From the IMG/VR virus record IMGVR_UViG_3300025467_000013, positions 1 to 64,000 of that record: a stretch of 64,000 nucleotides of DNA, one strand, 5' to 3'. Every line of letters starts with the position of its first letter. Positions within the stretch are counted from its first letter, which is position 1. A program made the translations under genes and the position numbers. Origin of the DNA: a virus. Under the pieces are notes generated by a model. That model had not been told where the DNA came from and did no database searches. It saw nothing but the letters and a program-made list of their open reading frames with translations. Of the stretch, positions 13,901 to 22,115 are shown in pieces.

Positions 13901-16712
13901 TTCCATTCAAATATACTAATACCGCCGTTGTCGATAATGAATCTAAAGAAAAAACGTTGCTTAATGGATAAGATTTAATTCTATAGTCAATTACCGAAAT
14001 CTCAGTTTTGATACTTGGGCCAAATGGAACCATATCACTAAAATAATAAGGATCAGTGTTTGGTCGGTCTTTGGTCATCTTTTGTAGAATTAAATCAACC
14101 ATAGTAGTCGGATTTGTATCTACCCCTAATGATTCAGAAGTTTTTATAAAGTTTCTCTTGAATTTACTATATTCAATTTTTGAATGTTCGATCGCACGAA
14201 CAATATTATTCTGTTCCGATGTAATATGATAAATTGAAAGGCTCAAAGGTGCGCTATGCTGGAGGAACTTAGTACCATATAACGTAATGTTTCCTAAATC
14301 TCGTAAATTATTTGTACCCGGTGATGTACCAACAAACGATATAGTGTTAGGTAAATTATCGACAATCGAATTTACATGATCAATCACTTCTCCTAACGAA
14401 AAATTGGTTATCAACTCATTAAAAGGATTATTTTGTAAATTATACGGAATTTCATAAAACCCGTTGCTATTGATTGCTTGTTTAGAAAACGCTCGCATAG
14501 TCAATACATCACTAAGAGCAATATCATTAACTAGTGTAATTTGTTTGTATAAAGGATTTCTAATTGCAGTTGTATCAGTTGTAAAATTCCAATTAACGGA
14601 ATCAAGACGAATACCGTTAACATAAATTACTAATTTTAAATCATCTAACCCATTAATATTATCAAAAATATCCAGAGGGAAATTGTTAATCCACCCAGAA
14701 TTTTTATAGATTCTAATTGCTGCTTGTGTTGTTGTATTAGCAGAAGTTTGCCAGCCATTAACATAACTCAATACATTATTGTTGTTTGTTTTAACAAGAT
14801 AACCAACATTGATATTTTTTGTAATAATCTTTGAGGTGTCTTTGTAACTAAACGAATCAGTTGCTAAATCAAAATTAAATAATATATCGCCAATGTTGTT
14901 TATATTACCGTAAGACAGAGGAAATCCTAATACAGTATCATCTGATCCTGTTCCTACCTTATATGAAAATAACTTAGTTCCAATAAAGGTCGAACCTGCA
15001 TAGGTAGATTTATTACCATAACTAACATTATTGTCATCAACAATATCGAATAACGGAGTTTGATTTAACTGGTTTTTTTGTTGTGCTATATTCCATGATA
15101 CTCCGTCGTACCAGTACATATATCCTTGAGCACTTTTACCTGATCGAATTAAAACAACATCATTTAGATTAGGTGTTGCATATTCTACTAAATTAATCAA
15201 TCTAACGTTACTAGTTGAATTATGGACTGTAACAAAGTTAACTTGATATATTTTGTTTACAACCTGCATATCAGTATCTGCGGTAACTAAAATCAGTTGG
15301 CCGTCGATTAGGTCTATACCATCAATGTTATATCCAAGTTGTCCTTCGATATTTGAAAAAATATCCGTTGTAAATGAATCAACTAAATCAACATCTGTAA
15401 TTGCATTAGTTCCAAAATTAAACAACTTTAATCCGGTCTCAAATTCGATAATCGGACGAGTCGCTCTTGCCGTTTGATCCAACGATGCTACAGTTCCGTT
15501 TAGTTCTGCACTTTTCTTAATTACGTCAATATGAAACCATCTATTATTACGACTCCATGGATTATGATCATTGCTGCTACGATCAATAACAATATAATCA
15601 GGAGTTTGAGGATATGATGATGCATTACTAAATGGTAGCGAATCAAACGGAGTATCATCAAATAACACCGATTCAGTAACAGTATATGGGCCGATAATTT
15701 CTAATGTAGATTCATTTATTAATCGAATACCTGTGCCTACACCTTCAACATAAAAATGTCCAGTAGCATACTCATTCGGAGTTACTGTACCGATAAAGGA
15801 TACCTTCATTCCATTACTTAAAGATGTACCGTTTTCTAAAGTAAAAGTCTTCTTTCCTATAATTTCTTTTTCAACATCAATAAACGTATTTTCGTTGATC
15901 GAATATATCTCAAAAATACCGCCTACATCCGCATTACTTTCACTTACATAATATAAAGTTTTTGGTGCATTATCCGGTACTGTAAAAGTTATTGTGCCGT
16001 TTTCTACTGCATAACCGTCGACTCCGACATCGGTATACCTATCTAAAAATCCAACAGTTCTTGCAGTTTTAATAGAAAACGGGTTACCTGGACTACTAAT
16101 ATCAAAAATGTATGTTTGACCTTTATATAACTTGATCGTCGGATTCGGCGTTAATCCAAGCACTCCGTTTGGTGAAAATATATAAACGTTATCGCCTAAA
16201 TCATTTTGTATCGATACATCATAAGTGCTTATAATCTTTTGTTGTTGCCCAGAAATCTGAATAGACGATGGGCCATATGGTAACCAATAATAGTGTTGAA
16301 AATTTACAAATTTATCCCAATTAATATGCGGATCCCAACTATAAAACTCTTCAGAATTTAATCTAGCGTGATTTGTAACATTGCTACCGAATACCCCAAG
16401 TTGGTTAATATAGTCTTGGTAATCTTTAAAAAACGTATTGTTACCCGACTCATCATTAATAACTAAGCCCGGCTCTAATTGATAATTTTGTCGTGTCAAA
16501 TCAGCTGCATGAACAAATACATCATTGCCTGTGGTTGATTTAGCATATTCACGACCGATATATCCATTAATCTTTTTAACAGTCCCTGGTTGTATTAATT
16601 GATCAACTGTAGCGTGTAAGAATTTTTTATTTGCATCAGTACGATAATACTGTGGTAAAAATTCTGAACTTATATTTGTATTATTTCCGGTTGGGTTACT
16701 GTTATCAGCCAT
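1977..16712 (-). CDS. Giant (~4,911 aa) baseplate wedge/structural protein, gp7-like position
   Basis: Uninterrupted ORF overlapping the gp6-like stop. Likely start is the ATG at 16712 (GGAG upstream) rather than 16724. Contains CBM5/12-like W..Y..G..V.Y repeats, FG-GAP-like propeller repeats, GGSGY and GDG repeats. Confidence 0.65.
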   Translation of the reverse strand: MADNSNPTGNNTNISSEFLPQYYRTDANKKFLHATVDQLIQPGTVKKINGYIGREYAKSTTGNDVFVHAADLTRQNYQLEPGLVINDESGNNTFFKDYQDYINQLGVFGSNVTNHARLNSEEFYSWDPHINWDKFVNFQHYYWLPYGPSSIQISGQQQKIISTYDVSIQNDLGDNVYIFSPNGVLGLTPNPTIKLYKGQTYIFDISSPGNPFSIKTARTVGFLDRYTDVGVDGYAVENGTITFTVPDNAPKTLYYVSESNADVGGIFEIYSINENTFIDVEKEIIGKKTFTLENGTSLSNGMKVSFIGTVTPNEYATGHFYVEGVGTGIRLINESTLEIIGPYTVTESVLFDDTPFDSLPFSNASSYPQTPDYIVIDRSSNDHNPWSRNNRWFHIDVIKKSAELNGTVASLDQTARATRPIIEFETGLKLFNFGTNAITDVDLVDSFTTDIFSNIEGQLGYNIDGIDLIDGQLILVTADTDMQVVNKIYQVNFVTVHNSTSNVRLINLVEYATPNLNDVVLIRSGKSAQGYMYWYDGVSWNIAQQKNQLNQTPLFDIVDDNNVSYGNKSTYAGSTFIGTKLFSYKVGTGSDDTVLGFPLSYGNINNIGDILFNFDLATDSFSYKDTSKIITKNINVGYLVKTNNNNVLSYVNGWQTSANTTTQAAIRIYKNSGWINNFPLDIFDNINGLDDLKLVIYVNGIRLDSVNWNFTTDTTAIRNPLYKQITLVNDIALSDVLTMRAFSKQAINSNGFYEIPYNLQNNPFNELITNFSLGEVIDHVNSIVDNLPNTISFVGTSPGTNNLRDLGNITLYGTKFLQHSAPLSLSIYHITSEQNNIVRAIEHSKIEYSKFKRNFIKTSESLGVDTNPTTMVDLILQKMTKDRPNTDPYYFSDMVPFGPSIKTEISVIDYRIKSYPLSNVFSLDSLSTTAVLVYLNGTQLLYEHDYSFDDQGFVIISAELHNDDIITINEYDSTNGCFVPPTPSKLGIWPTYDPRAYLDTALLNPTWMIQGHDGSHTVLYGEIVNGVFTDFRDAILLELEKRIYNNIKVKYDSSIFDIYDIIPGYNRTTEYSLTEFNEILAPNFYKWVKVVGADYTQNIKFDRTISLTFNYKDFDLPNSTSCPGYWRGIYNYVLDTDSPDQTPWEMLGFNDKPTWWEQVYGSAPYTSDNLIMWQDLTDGVVRQPNVPTIKLLNFVRPDLINRIPVDSDGTLLDPLTAGWATGPVTASIADDFVFGDQGPVEGAWRRSSDYPFSFLITAMLMHPAKTFGTLLDRSRVIRNLAGQLIYSDTGLRVNPSTIAIPSIYSSATKIQTSGIINYLTDYIVGLDLTAYTQYIYDLNNINAQLSYRAGAFSSKEQFNLILDSRSPLSTGGVFVPNENYTLILNSSSPVKKITYSGVIITKLANGFEIKGYSQVDPYFTYYQWNVTGINVTVGGISETFSTWVAGNEYYAGTIVKYNENFYRVLVTNTSTPLDTAYYEKLPTLPIIGGCSARLRTGWNRTNPVVMSYGTMLRTIQDVVDFLLGYEQWLIDQGFRFDNFSDSLSVVTNWTTSAKEFMFWTTQNWSTGEDKWKQWLPNIEFVGGTIVQYEGDYYRVIRSSINSSNFNSSDFVKLEGLSTIGSSVISLSPAAASLTFITNNCVVDDITNPFYTYEIFKVDGTPIDPSTIDVYRNENTVTYSPEENDGIYNATFYLVQKEQIILLDQKTIFNDLIYSPATGYRQERIKVSAHVSTVWDGSFNIPGFIFDQAVFKNWVEWQDYQLGDVVKYQQFYYSANSFLPGTSAFTPSEWTQLSSKPSPKLIPNWTYKAGQFTDFYSLDSDNFDSNQQTMAHHLIGYQKRQYLDNIIQDDVSEFKFYQGMIRDKGTQNVFNNLFNVLTEEGKESLKFYEEWAVRVGQYGANSGFNEIEFILDEAKFNNNPQGVELLDTVPPIYQTLSYTVTDVKITNGGSGYESNEKFNLTVTTSTGTCVFNVRTDSTGKIIAINRIVNSGSFSSVGTITDTSGNLGSGAAFSLTYGIVSPSLDNLTIVQTPNDVYLKPLGYTSSPWPVLANFNPYLRSAGYARLTDVKVAIGTLDALLTNTVWDSGVQYYATNIVTYAADHTGKYKIYIAKIDNINVAPSDTSTAWSLINMGDYIWCGFDKQDWNVYRYSSAYMNVLDIVGVIVNGVQELEITTDALVTVQVGSVIALEQVDSSLAGFYKVVSVNLNAFNVVSSSTPASVTFTDQTNVVVFTLTSQRTSSIDSAEPITSLNLLPNELMWTDENGNGNGQWATWEYNKVYNQSIIINTSPHAFSQYGLSIATTNSTDFLVTTDNSGTLYVRDKASLNSSWLVRQTVPPEFISTYTDPNFTNHYIGDILAISSQEIIAADNWVAVGIPQASHVCTRYKGAWQHLSSYNIKDIIRDPISGEFYKATQNVPEDYPPTCLVTAISNNRVINQLGSGPANPGQSIIFKQTIGNLIADVVYYVSRILSDTAFTVSDTFEGNELTLTNDTNSNGVIVTLWADYWNITQYIPVDAGGTNSSLMKQGAVTLYKVNDNNIITLVDTIISPSPAENEQFGANLTFGNGTFFINAPGGNNGKGVVYQLTYQPVIYASVYYNPIGSNGTIIKVSNTAKIAVGMSIVGTGFTTGQIVARIIDSTTIQSDVEPDSQPVGILEFVILQWTWQDKVGITHNNVAIGGNFGYRMAMSKDVSTLLICSAGVSIIGAVNPGRVFVYNSDDSISYYLSQVITDTEGDGLGFGQGVDVSYAADYIVISSVLYDGLKINEGKVEIYEYGDTQYVPYQKITNIAPETSQHFGSYVSFMNDFDTLVVFSRSSVRYDPIIFDENNTTFDEKSTIFSLATKGEGRVDIYDQYGSYWIFTESLDNLDDNESQYGYSISTGDDTVILSSIYGFDLNVRSGIVYEYKKPINSFTWTIVNQEIDKVDVKKIKKAFLYNKKTDTIVTHLDVVDPLQGKILGVADEELTYKSYFDPAVYSNSDGTIPSSSGQAWTTAQVGQLWWDLRTAKFFNCYDSDVVYRNNTWNQLFPGASIDIYEWVESSILPSDWDATTDTAAGLARGISGTSLYGNSAYSIITKYDELNEVFSNTYYFWVKNKTLVPDVSNRNISANDVANLISNPRGNGYEFIAFTGVNSFSLFNVKPLLQSSDIVLSVQYWIIDKIDQNIHSQWELISTDPTTKLPELIEQKWIDSLCGTDAKNRTVPDLQLPVKIRYGVENRPRQSMVVNRFEALKQVIEQANRVLIKHQIVNQYDLSRLEAAQPIPTTVDGVYDTVIDTVEELSYINISDFVMPSIVPTIVNGRIIDIVIVDAGKGYINAPFIDIVGSGSGAILKTKINSYGQINGVEIISSGIGYDSSTILSVRTYSTLVRNDSTAKNKWSIYYYDSINTVWSKVDTQAYDTTQYWNYTDWYAPGYNQFTVVNFVVNTFIELKDLYSLVGSLVKVLTNNSGKWVLLEKYADSSSIDWTQSYSIVGLQDGTIQLSSSLYEFDNTVYGYDSSLYDLEVYDDYASTELRYIFEAFKYDIFVGDLVQEYLNLFFTSVRYILSEQLYVDWIFKTSFIKAEHNVGSLIQKVTYNNDHLADFQSYVSEVKPYRTKIREYVSNYNSVDINYQAATDFDLPTVLENGKLVPALVEVSNDTIVSYDTITETYPWKFWADNVGFSITELVIVDGGNGYITQPTVEITSNSGSGAHAIAYIAKGTVNRIVLINGGSKYLSVPTVKINGGLSSSGSPAKVIAKIGNGVVRSNLISIKFDRTTQKYFITELQELETAIGTGSKKQFTLAWAPDVRVGYSSVTVNGSNVLRDDYTLTVVKSKSSGYTRYSGLITFNTAPIKGSIIEVTYIKDWLVLNAADRIQYYYDPATGETGKDLDQLMSGVDYGGVTVNGIGFDMYYGWDGSPYFSDRWDSSDDTFTDYIVTLTSVTHTFTLPYVPASGTEINVYYAPNGTNKVNAVRLDNPGFIGHAQWDNPYAIMPPIIMDGRTSTVSVPNTFTVHIGDTFIFRQSTSDGSLAPIPDDYDTAINGGALSNIGGVYTTATGLAADDIIIDGDGFVTQTTSSATEEIVPGQVVDTVAIKVYDRPFSGSAKIKTDTFIGDGSRTEFEITQDPNNRQALLVKLISGYDNPTNQYTNVTILSKDEYTIDYQFNVRTVVLVDPPITGTIVSITSFGVSGSNILDFNSFVGDGVTDQYITTAPWLALLTISIFVNGNMLSSKNYEIFETDDTYELAKLVGINFNTPPAVGDQISYIIVSGSDQTYSIMESETIQTNGSLVYPLQNTIGDSKPYESNMLVRVGQDILKGPNNIYHTIRKATTNADLIYTISSDAALPNTADVNDVSVIISGTAVLKPNTDYIFDGSNMSIKITKTIAKKYVGAELTISIKQHPGYFYTPATTSSVASITFDVEYNNELVEIISFYKHDVLNINRTAINVTTNNSLTPNTIDYFTHLKIFNGQLQLGRTVVDDDYIWIIRNSKILTPSIDFRLNDDRSSVTLAAAPNTNDEFTLITFDDNILESGISYMQFKDMLNRYQYKRLSLNKRSKLYSDLLYNDTTILVVDASTFTLPNPSKNRPGVVEIRGERIEYFTINEHRENGILIFYVLGQLRRGTLGTGVSPVHKAGSYVQDIGSDENIPYADNTIVEQYTITNANNHNHIIPINFVPSLTVNNSWFTDYGYTLKGSFSNTVGYSVNDVVSYNGYYYVNMLSYVASTVNPTSIVPTNGQYWELYSSIPVGYQQCNDIEVFVGGYDNSLTWASNVHYTVGTIVNVGSYSYRCISEHTSSSYFRDDSTRWTFFIGNIRLRKEPYSMFNVNQAPTSPEGDIRFDADFAVDGVSKEIRLTNLLAVGTRVTVIKRTLVEWDSTTNILYDNNKIALFLKETPGIWYTGINKYESNKTTVTLDTYNASFDNAKNTFDQG

Positions 16713-19700
16713 TAGATGCTCCATAAGGTGCGCTTGTTACATTTTGTGATGTAGAAGTATTAGTAGTAGTTCCAGTTATTGCTTTAAGTACTGTTGGGGT
16801 TAATGAAGAAACGATCTCGATATCATTAACTGTTGCGCCATTAACAAATAATTGATCACTAGCAGCAGTGATTTCAAATAGATTGCCAAATCCTATACCG
16901 CCCTGACGAGGAACCACAACAAAACTTGTAATATTCGGTGCCAACTGTTGCATGACATATGCAGCCAGTTCTGAAAAATAAAATGTATCGCCAAAGTCCC
17001 AATTTTCTAACGCAAAGAACTGATTAATTGCAGCTAATACACTTGTTTGTATATAATTATCCGAATTAACTTGAGCTGGATTTTTTACAACTTTAAATGA
17101 TGCTTGTACATCAGGTGTTGCATATGAGCCAAACAGTATTTTGTAAGTTGCCGAATGGTAAACAATCTCGTCAGACATCGACTTAATAAGATTTAACTTT
17201 GGTGCTAAAATATCATATAATTCGTCAGAACCTGGAGGTAATGGTTTTATTATTGTAGACGGAGATGCTAGCCATTTTCTAAATGCAAGGTCATAACTTG
17301 TAGTTAATATATACACATCAACGATATTACTCGGACTTGGATCAATACGCGACTCGTAGTTTGCACTATGTACATACTGGAATTTTAGGTTATCTCGCCC
17401 AACATACACTTTATAGTCCAATGTAGGTTCTAATGTTGCTGTACTTAAATTCAACTTAACTACTGTATCAGTATCGATAAAATAGAAATACTGACTATCG
17501 TTGTAATTTATTAACGGACCCATTGAGCTTTGACTGCTAAGAATCAGTACAATATTCTCCGAATTACTAACGTAGGTATAGTCCTCTTGATCTACATTAA
17601 CAAGGTATTTCTGTTCAACAATATATTTAGAAGTTGGATTTACTGACGGATTAACAATATCAATAAAATACTCTGGGTTGTCAACAACACCATTATTATC
17701 AGAATCAGCAAATGAGATTACTAATTTTGACGGATCAACATATCCATCAGTACCAATGTATTCAGACACGATGTCCCACTTTAAATCAGTAGTAAATGGC
17801 ATTGTAGTATCAGGTTGCGTGTTAATACTAAGAAGAGTAATACTGTCTTTAATTAATTTATTATTAGATACATCGAAAATTCTATGATTGCTATTAAAGT
17901 AAAATCTTATCTGAGCATCACTTTCAAAAATATATTGCTGCTCGCGAGATTTAACCGTATAAACAACATTGTCTGTTGTGAACAGTATTAACCAACTCGA
18001 ATCTTGTTGTTTATTAGTAGTATCGCCTTGATATGCTAAACTAAAATCAGTTGTTAAATTTAAATTCGATTCGTAAACAATTTGCCATGCTTGTGTAGTC
18101 GCATTATAACTTAATCCAAACGGATTATTAGCAAAAATTAAATCAATCATAGTTGTTATAACTGTTGGACTAATAGTAGTAATCCATGCAGGAATAATCT
18201 GATCAATAATAGGATAGATTCCATTTAATGTATCAAATTTTTGATTTAATACAATTGGTCCAAATCCAGATGATAACATTCCGGTCCCGGTTGCTGTTCC
18301 GTCGTCGACTATTGAAACTACCTCTGCCCATACTGATATTTCTGCACCCGGACTCGTTCCATTCCCTAAGACTAATTTATTCGAGTTTAATGTATCAAAA
18401 TAATAACCTGCAGGAGCAGTAAATTTAATTAATGCACCCGGTATAAAGTATTTTAAATCGTTGGTGGTATAATTTCCAACCTTGTATATTGTAGAATTGT
18501 TGTTAGCATCAACAATATATCCGCTAGACATACCGATATCAGTCGTAACACTAATCCAGTTAATTGATAAACTAGCAGTAATATAGTTCAAATATTTTGA
18601 GTAATAATAATTTCGCAGACTAGCTTTCTTTAACACAGGATATAATGCATTGTAAATAACCCCTTCGATATCAGTTCTAGTTTGATATGTAAATGTTATT
18701 TGAGAAATAGTTGGCTGAGAATATATAACTCCGTCGTCTGCAAATAACATAGTAGAACTATATGCACCTGTAGGATCTTTTAAATCAAAGTAACGACTAA
18801 TTCCGCTAGATGTCCTGTTGAGAGATTTAACTTTTACTACTTGTGTACTCGCCGATAACGGACTAATATTATAATCTTCACCTGTAATCATACGATTTTG
18901 TGTATAATAGGTCTGAGGAGCGTTTGTCTTTATGTTGGCATTCGACTCGGTAGTATTAGCATTCGATACACTAGTTTGCAGATTTAATGTAATCGATAAT
19001 TGCTCAAGTTTATTATTACGTGAATAGTAAGGGATAGTAATATTAACACTACGGATATCCTGTGTATTAATCACATACGATAACCCATTACTTACTCTGT
19101 AATAGGTACGAAATGTTCCCAAAGGTAAGTTACCAAAAGTACCGTCACTAAATTGAAGGCTAACCATATCATTAACACGAGAAATAACTTGATAGATTGT
19201 TTGTACATTTTGATTTAAACTATTGTAAATGATATTATTACCGATTAAATTAGGTACTTTTGTCCACAATGTCGATTCTTTACCGTTTGAATCTAATTGA
19301 TATAACCACACATCATTTTCATTAATATTATTTGCATTGATGTCAATAGATTCATTGCTACTTGGTTGGCTAATAGTAAAAGTACCTTGATTTAATGTAC
19401 CTTGTACAAAATTTAAAAAGAAACCTGTCCCGGGGCTTCCGGCACCCATACCGTCGTAACTATAGATACATGCTAATGGATTTCCGAGCGCCGGTGGTTC
19501 TTCGTATATGTAATTTTCACCTTTAAATGTTGTACTTGTAATTTCAAAATTTGTATTATTACCAGAAACTGCTTTTGTAAACGAAAAAACAGGGAGCCCG
19601 GTAATTGCGCTGTTAAATCGATATTGTTCAGTAGGAATCGAATAAATTGTCGCACTATCGGCTGGATTACCAAACTGCTGGGTCGAAGAAAAAGCTGCGT

Positions 19701-20181
19701 TTAGAACTTTTATAAACTGATCATACCAATTGGTATTAGTTGAATCATTCCAGTTAATTGCTTGTCCTGAAAGATTAAGACCGTTACTATCGATTACATT
19801 TTCTGTAGTAATAATTGTACTAAATTTTAATAATCCTTGTGCTGCAATGTTACGAGTAGGATTATAACTGATCATTCTAGCTAATCGTAAAACTGCATCG
19901 GTGCGATCAGCAAGTTCTAAAAAATTATTTCTTGCATTTAAATCAGCACGAAATGCAATGCTTTGGCCCATGTATGCAATAAGGTCGATTAAGGCTAGAT
20001 ATTCCGAGCTTTCAATGTAATCGTTAAAATCTTCGGGAAAATTTATACGAAGATAGTCTATCATAGTCCTTCTCAAATTTTCAAAATCATAACTTTGAAA
20101 ATCTGCGTTCTTAAACGATTGATAAATTTTTTGCCAATCTTCCGAAACAAGAAGATTATTTAAACGATCTGTAGAGCTCAT
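16705..20181 (-). CDS. gp6: Baseplate wedge subunit (gp6-like)
   Basis: 1,158 aa with DFENLR...DYL...FNDYIESSE, FLELA...VLRLA...Y.P, QFSDGTFG and QNRMITGEDY motifs. Lies downstream of the gp25-like gene. Confidence 0.85.
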   Translation of the reverse strand: MSSTDRLNNLLVSEDWQKIYQSFKNADFQSYDFENLRRTMIDYLRINFPEDFNDYIESSEYLALIDLIAYMGQSIAFRADLNARNNFLELADRTDAVLRLARMISYNPTRNIAAQGLLKFSTIITTENVIDSNGLNLSGQAINWNDSTNTNWYDQFIKVLNAAFSSTQQFGNPADSATIYSIPTEQYRFNSAITGLPVFSFTKAVSGNNTNFEITSTTFKGENYIYEEPPALGNPLACIYSYDGMGAGSPGTGFFLNFVQGTLNQGTFTISQPSSNESIDINANNINENDVWLYQLDSNGKESTLWTKVPNLIGNNIIYNSLNQNVQTIYQVISRVNDMVSLQFSDGTFGNLPLGTFRTYYRVSNGLSYVINTQDIRSVNITIPYYSRNNKLEQLSITLNLQTSVSNANTTESNANIKTNAPQTYYTQNRMITGEDYNISPLSASTQVVKVKSLNRTSSGISRYFDLKDPTGAYSSTMLFADDGVIYSQPTISQITFTYQTRTDIEGVIYNALYPVLKKASLRNYYYSKYLNYITASLSINWISVTTDIGMSSGYIVDANNNSTIYKVGNYTTNDLKYFIPGALIKFTAPAGYYFDTLNSNKLVLGNGTSPGAEISVWAEVVSIVDDGTATGTGMLSSGFGPIVLNQKFDTLNGIYPIIDQIIPAWITTISPTVITTMIDLIFANNPFGLSYNATTQAWQIVYESNLNLTTDFSLAYQGDTTNKQQDSSWLILFTTDNVVYTVKSREQQYIFESDAQIRFYFNSNHRIFDVSNNKLIKDSITLLSINTQPDTTMPFTTDLKWDIVSEYIGTDGYVDPSKLVISFADSDNNGVVDNPEYFIDIVNPSVNPTSKYIVEQKYLVNVDQEDYTYVSNSENIVLILSSQSSMGPLINYNDSQYFYFIDTDTVVKLNLSTATLEPTLDYKVYVGRDNLKFQYVHSANYESRIDPSPSNIVDVYILTTSYDLAFRKWLASPSTIIKPLPPGSDELYDILAPKLNLIKSMSDEIVYHSATYKILFGSYATPDVQASFKVVKNPAQVNSDNYIQTSVLAAINQFFALENWDFGDTFYFSELAAYVMQQLAPNITSFVVVPRQGGIGFGNLFEITAASDQLFVNGATVNDIEIVSSLTPTVLKAITGTTTNTSTSQNVTSAPYGASNG

Positions 20182-20199
20182 ATCTTATCCTAATATCAA

Positions 20200-20207
20200 T
20201 ATTTATC
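20200..20207 (-). promoter_or_regulatory. T4-type late promoter (GATAAATA)
   Basis: About 19 nt upstream of the gp6-like ATG. Confidence 0.65.
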
Positions 20208-20228
20208 GAATAAAATTAAGTGGGTATA

Positions 20229-20678
20229 TTATTGCGCAAAGAATCCATTAGCCTGATCAAATTTCATTTGCAATGTTTGACTAATGTTATATGGCAAATA
20301 TGTTAATATACATTCAATTTGTATACCTGATTCGTATGCAGTTACAATAATGTTCTGGGCACTAATTCGTGGATCATAATTAAGAATTTGATCAACATTT
20401 TTTGTAATAATTGCTTTAAGATCGTCTGTCAACGGATCAAAAAGCAGATCCCATATTACTGTACCAAATGTTGGATTCATTAATCTTTCACCCTGTCGTA
20501 TATGAAAATGGTTTAGCAAATCTTGTTGTATAAGTTCGAAGTCAAATAAACTAAAATTTTCAGTATTAGTACTAACTGTACTAAATCCTCGATACATTTT
20601 AGGTGTAATTGCAGTTGTTTGCACATTTGATGCAGGGTTTAATGTGACTTTATTGTAAAGATTTGATATTGAACTCAT
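20229..20678 (-). CDS. gp25: Baseplate wedge/sheath-initiator (gp25-like)
   Basis: GERLMNPTFGT..W.LLFDP and YDPRI motifs of the GPW/gp25 family. Confidence 0.9.
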   Translation of the reverse strand: MSSISNLYNKVTLNPASNVQTTAITPKMYRGFSTVSTNTENFSLFDFELIQQDLLNHFHIRQGERLMNPTFGTVIWDLLFDPLTDDLKAIITKNVDQILNYDPRISAQNIIVTAYESGIQIECILTYLPYNISQTLQMKFDQANGFFAQ

Positions 20679-22114
20679 GTTGTTGACCTCTTAACCCTTG
20701 AGAATGGGTCTACTTTGGTTGTAGGCTTATTGTAAAATGCTGGCGTTGGCGACGATACCGTACTAGTAGATGCTTGTGTTTTCGATGGTATAAATGATTG
20801 TGGATCAAGATTTTCATGTTGCACCCAAGGTTCTGCCGTTGGAATACGTGCAGGTTTCGGTGCTTCTTCAGCCGGAGTCGGCGACGGTCCGTTCCATCTA
20901 ATTGCCGGTGCTACACCCAAAATTGCTGCTGCGGCCGTAAGACCAATTGTACCTTGTACTGTTATTCGTCCATCCACTTCTGCTTTTACTTGGAAGTTTT
21001 TAGCAGTAGTCATTTTAATATCTTTTGTTGCATTAACATTAAAATTGCCAGCACAAGTAAAATTAATATCACGACCAGCAGTAACATTAAAATCATTCAT
21101 TGTATGCAAACTTACGCTGTCTTGTGCATAGATATCAATCTTACCATTACTAGTCAATTCGATCCATGTTGTACCTCTAGCATTTCCGATATAAATTAAA
21201 TCTTCACTATTATGTAATAATATTTGATGGCCGGTTCTTGTACGTATTCTAACTAATTCATTATGCGGAATTGTAGGTTGGCCTCCAGTTTCACCTTGTG
21301 CTACAGATGCATAGTCGGGCGGACCTTTTCCTGCTGGTGTTTTACGAAGAAACTTATCATCTCCATCATCCATTACAAATGTTGTTCCACCTAATCGACT
21401 AACAAATACGTTATTAGCACTACTTTCTTTTTTTCCAACAGTTCCTGTTTTTGCACCAGGGCGTTTGTCAACCGGACCGGGCGTTGATATACCAAATACT
21501 GCACTCGGCACTTCTCGTCTTGAACTACTAGTTGTAATTCCTCTGATATCATCTTTAATTAATCCCTGGCCTGATAATATATCAGTTAGGGGATGTTTTG
21601 GTTTGTTAATTTTAGTTTCGTCATTAACAATTTTGTCGTTAACTTTTTTATTATATTCTGCTACCGGGTATCTACCGCCATCACCACCAGTTGTATATTG
21701 CGTTGCTGCAATGCCCGGTACCATAAAGTTCATTGCTTCATCCGGTACGCATCCGATCCAGTATCCTCGCTTTGGATCTCCGTCGATAAAAATAACCATC
21801 ACCGTTGACCCAACATCCGGAGGAACAAACCACATACCGTAACTCTTTTGAGTATTGTTGTAGTCGTCTTGATTCCCTACATAATCTAAATCTGTACATC
21901 CGTAAAACGGAGTCATCATTTTTACTTGATGCAACTGCCCTCCTGCGCGAGTTTGATTACCTACCGGTCTAAGTAACTCTACTTCAAGTGTTCCCATGTA
22001 TGTAGGATCAAGATGACTTACAATTGTTGCTAGATACGGGCCAGGGCGCGAACCTATACCAGCGGCATCGCTAGGAGAATAATCAATATTTTTATCTACA
22101 TTTTTATCTATCAT
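20675..22114 (-). CDS. gp5: Baseplate central spike (gp5/VgrG-like), no lysozyme domain
   Basis: OB-fold motif (DP..MG.L.V; PPDVGSTVMVIF.DGD...YWIG), RTRTGHQI, and 8-residue beta-helix repeats. Confidence 0.75.
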   Translation of the reverse strand: MIDKNVDKNIDYSPSDAAGIGSRPGPYLATIVSHLDPTYMGTLEVELLRPVGNQTRAGGQLHQVKMMTPFYGCTDLDYVGNQDDYNNTQKSYGMWFVPPDVGSTVMVIFIDGDPKRGYWIGCVPDEAMNFMVPGIAATQYTTGGDGGRYPVAEYNKKVNDKIVNDETKINKPKHPLTDILSGQGLIKDDIRGITTSSSRREVPSAVFGISTPGPVDKRPGAKTGTVGKKESSANNVFVSRLGGTTFVMDDGDDKFLRKTPAGKGPPDYASVAQGETGGQPTIPHNELVRIRTRTGHQILLHNSEDLIYIGNARGTTWIELTSNGKIDIYAQDSVSLHTMNDFNVTAGRDINFTCAGNFNVNATKDIKMTTAKNFQVKAEVDGRITVQGTIGLTAAAAILGVAPAIRWNGPSPTPAEEAPKPARIPTAEPWVQHENLDPQSFIPSKTQASTSTVSSPTPAFYNKPTTKVDPFSRVKRSTT

Positions 22115-22115
22115 A

